Positions 60,446-64,000 of a stretch of DNA of 64,000 bases are shown here, one piece after another (positions within the stretch are counted from its first letter, which is position 1; every line of letters begins with the position of its first letter). Below the pieces are notes generated by a model, which saw only the letters and a program-made list of their open reading frames with translations, made no database searches and was not told where the DNA came from. Both the position numbers and the translations under genes were made by a program. This DNA comes from Macrostomum lignano (lineage: Eukaryota), in contig NIVC01003808.1 in the NCBI GenBank assembly GCA_002269645.1, positions 11,940 to 75,939 on the forward strand. The letters run 5' to 3'.

Positions 60446-62311
60446 GTAAGATTTTGATTTTAAATTCATTTGTTTATTTCATAAGTTGATTATGAATTTA
60501 GCCTACTGTCTTATCGAATTCGAATACCTTACCATCTTTCTGTGCGCAAGAAATATTGATGAACTTAACTTTATCATCAGCTAGTTTATCAGCTGAATGG
60601 GTGACATCGCATGTGGCAATACTCCCCCCCCCCCAGCTGCATCCCGACGCCAGAGGCCATGCAGCTAAGTGAAGTAAATCAGTTTATCACCTTATCCGGA
60701 TATTTTGCAGAAAATTCAATTGGCACTCGTAATACTTATGGTTATTTACGTAACGTGGATTAGTCAGTTACTTTGATTTTTATCTTTAATTTTGGCAATT
60801 GCAATGCTACATTTGCATCGATTGTTTGAATTTGCATACGCTATGCGCTAATTGCTAATACCTTTCCGTTATCTATGGACACAGTATGGTATGTATGGTG
60901 ACGTGGGTTGATATTCCTGTCACGGCTGTCATTCATATTACATTGTGTAGTCCCTCCACTTGTATTTAAATATGCGATTTAAGTTATTCAACCCATTTAT
61001 CATATAGAATGAGTGGTCGCCTCCATTCGCCTGTTTAGTTAAGTTTATAACTTCAGTTAAATATTAAAAGGCTTTAGTTTGGGCGTGGCGTGCGTGGCTG
61101 GCTGGCTAAGGGTTCGCAGAACGGCTGAATCACTCCAGTCTGTGCCCGCCGCCACCCGCGCTCCTAGACCCGTCACCCCACCCACCCCCTCTGCCCGTTC
61201 AATTGGAGTCGCGTGCCCCGTTGTGCTGGCACTGGCGGCTTAGTTGTATTCGCGAGCCCCAACCCCCGTCCCCACCACCCCACTGACTGGGCCTTCTGCT
61301 GCAAAATTGCTTTGGGCCGCTTGTATATGGCTATATGCGTGTGTTATGGACGCTTTCCTAATTTGCATGCGGTCTTGGACAATGGTTTCATAACTCATAA
61401 AAATTGTTTCCATTAATCATTACTCTCCCGTTGCGTACGTGTACATGACGTTAAGTAGTTTTCGTTACTTTTCTAATCTTGCGTTGCTCTGTATGAATGT
61501 AGAGTGTCTGTGCAGATTAGCCTGTCAGTTTTCTTGTCGGTTATATTGTCCTTTATATCTATCTATATAGCTTTAAAAGAACATTTTTGGAAACTAAAAG
61601 TAGTTTTCAACGTTTAAGAATTAATCATTTTTCTAGGATTCAGTTCTTCGAAATTCGAGATTTGATTAATAGATAGTTCAGTGGGAAAACAACTGAGCTT
61701 GTCGTTAATTCCACTCCTAGACCCTAGCCCAATGAGTTTTCGATTCTATTGCAATAGTATACTCGGCAACACCACCCTTGGCAGAGCGATTGATTTCAGC
61801 TCACTTACACAGCAATGACGTGTGGTTTTTCCACTTTCGACTCAAAGTCTACTGCCACTGCCAGCCATTTTTTTTGATTCATTCGATTTCGACCTAATAG
61901 GGATAATTGAGCCGTTCAGTCATTTTAAAGTTGCCTTAGTTTGCCACGTCACGCTGGCTGTATTTTTGGTTGATTTAGTCCCGACATCCAACCAACCTTC
62001 AACCCCGCCGTTTAGCTCACTGTACATGGCTGGGCGCTGATAGCGGAGCTGTTTGTGCGTTCAGTCACTTCAGTGTACAAGTACAATGTACATCCACAAC
62101 CCCGGGAAGCATTGACGGCCCAAACAAGTTTTGGCTATAAGGCAGAAAGAAGTCTTCACGCCTTTCTATCGGATGCACATTGGATTATTTCTCTATCCCT
62201 CCCAAGCCCTAGAAGAATCTAGCGTTCATGCCACAACACAGGACACTCGCTCTCTCATGTATTCTCTGTCCTAGCCTGCCTCAACCTAGAGGATGGCGTA
62301 GATCTGTAGCT

Positions 62312-62353
62312 ATGGCGACAGCATTGATTCCCCCCAAAGAGAACAGAGAGAGC
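62312..62353 (+). other. Candidate first coding exon (MATALIPPKENRES, phase-0 donor)
   Basis: ATG in gctATGg context, GTGAGT donor at 62354 and an upstream ctctgtcctAG acceptor; no homology recognised. Confidence 0.3.
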
Positions 62354-64000
62354 GTGAGTGTGCGCCTCTTGGCCTTCACATTTTTGGAAACATTTTACTG
62401 CACGATCTCTTCTCAGTGAGTCAGTACAGTCCTTCTACAGGCAGCTGCCGGTCTGGCTAGAACTAGAAGCTAATCCCGCACACTGCTGCCGCCCACCCCA
62501 TTTCTGTATTGCTTTCCTTTCCTAACCCGACCAAACCTAAACCTCAGTGCATTTGTATCGCCCAGTCCTTCTTGTCTCCTGAATGGCAAACAACCAACCT
62601 CATCCCCGTGCACCCGCCCGCACCGCGGCCTCGCCCTTTGCGTTATTTTAACTTGCGAAAAGATCAAAACTAACCCTCCCCCTCTCTCCCTTACCAATGC
62701 GCCTTTCTCTTCAATTTGCGGCTGACTATCTCTTTAGTCTGTATCTACACATCTAGACACCGTGCCCAACTGCCGCAGCTGTTTGCACCTCTCCCCTTTA
62801 CTGTTCCAACCTCAATTCGCGCACACCTGGCCTTACCAAATTTGTTATATATAAGCAGAGCCTTAGTCCGAATCTAAGCCGCCGTCGTCGTTCCTCCTAA
62901 CCTAAGTCTACCTTTTTATTTATTATATCACAATACGCCTATTATTTCCTGCAAAGCAGGTCGCTCGTTTAGATTTCCAGCTCAGCTTGCCAACCGGGAC
63001 ATCCGGGAATTTGATTCGAAGCAAGTATTTCCTTAATTTTTGTGAGTTAATTCAGTAGCTAGCTAGGTGACTAGAATATTTTTATACGCATTAAGGTCTC
63101 TTTAGCAAGTCGACCCTCTTTGTACTGGAAAATCTTGCCTCCTCCATTTGCCCAACTTTAAATAAGCGTGCTACTTCTATATCAATTTTCCTCATGACTC
63201 GCTTCACTACCCGCCTCCCAGACCACAGTCGTCTCGTCTCCATAAAGAGGAAGCGAGAGGACTGTGGCTGTGGCGTCGGGAATTAGAGGAAAAGAGTCAG
63301 GGACCTCGTTTCCTTCCCCAGTCCCCCAGTCCCATTCCCATTCCATTAGAAGTTCCCATTGCATTTGCTAGGATTTTGCCATATGAGAGGAGGGTTGAGT
63401 GTAGAGCAATGAGGTTTGAACAAGGGCTTGCCCGTGACTCACCCTCCCTCCCCCCAAGGGGTAAGACTGGAAACCCCGCGCAGACTGTACATTCCGCCTC
63501 TCCCCCCTGCCCCCTCTTTCCGTCCCTTATCAAAATATAAATGTTAGACGAGTCACCCATTTCAGGTCCCCCCATTCCCACACCCCGGCCTTAACTAACC
63601 CCCTCCCTCTCCGTCTCGCGCACACCAAACCCAACAAAGCCCGCCGGTAAAACCTTACAAGATATGCATCTGCTGAACCGTCGCTTGTTTTTGACCAGCT
63701 TTTTCCGCACATCCTGTAGTTTATTTTCGTAATTAAATTAGTTTTACGGCAACTTTTTAATATGATATTTAATTGTGGTAAGTTAATTTTGCTTGATTGT
63801 TTTTTATTTTCAAATTATTTGAAAATTTAGAAATCAAACAATAACATAGTATTAACAATACCAAAAACTTAATAACCAACAGCTTCCAACTCCGAGACCA
63901 GTATGTGCATTTGCAGTGTGCTGTTGCATTCGTCTAACTTAATGATCAATAAATTGCCTTTCGGCCAGGCCCCTTTATCCATTCCAACTCGGACTGGAAG

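Overview
Eukaryotic (animal) genomic DNA. GC-rich exons are separated by introns and spacers packed with minisatellites. This style suggests a free-living flatworm such as Macrostomum, which is my inference from composition, not a database result. Bases 1-25.5 kb hold four co-oriented minus-strand genes. In transcription order they are a ~1040-aa protein with a TASOR-like alpha/beta + PIN C-terminus (9 exons), an intronless OLA1/YchF, a Ral GTPase and a 4-exon Arp2. Ral has two alternative C-terminal CaaX exons, and the second is absent from the ORF track. Bases 25.5-47 kb are an AT-rich transposon graveyard with a nested stack. An old foldback element carries a 566-bp MITE and a young non-autonomous LTR retroelement (744-bp LTRs, CTAC target-site duplication, tRNA-Leu-like PBS, PPT). 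That retroelement carries a 2.6-kb hAT insertion that splits an accessory ORF. Further MITEs, a SINE, a Helitron-like element and CpG-depleted blocks also occur. Bases 47.4-56.3 kb hold a plus-strand adducin (hts-like) gene with symmetric cassette exons and a MARCKS-like last exon. Bases 56.3-64 kb are mostly non-coding, with two candidate alternative first exons of a gene beyond the window. There is no CRISPR array, rRNA or intact tRNA. All exon models and family assignments were made by eye.
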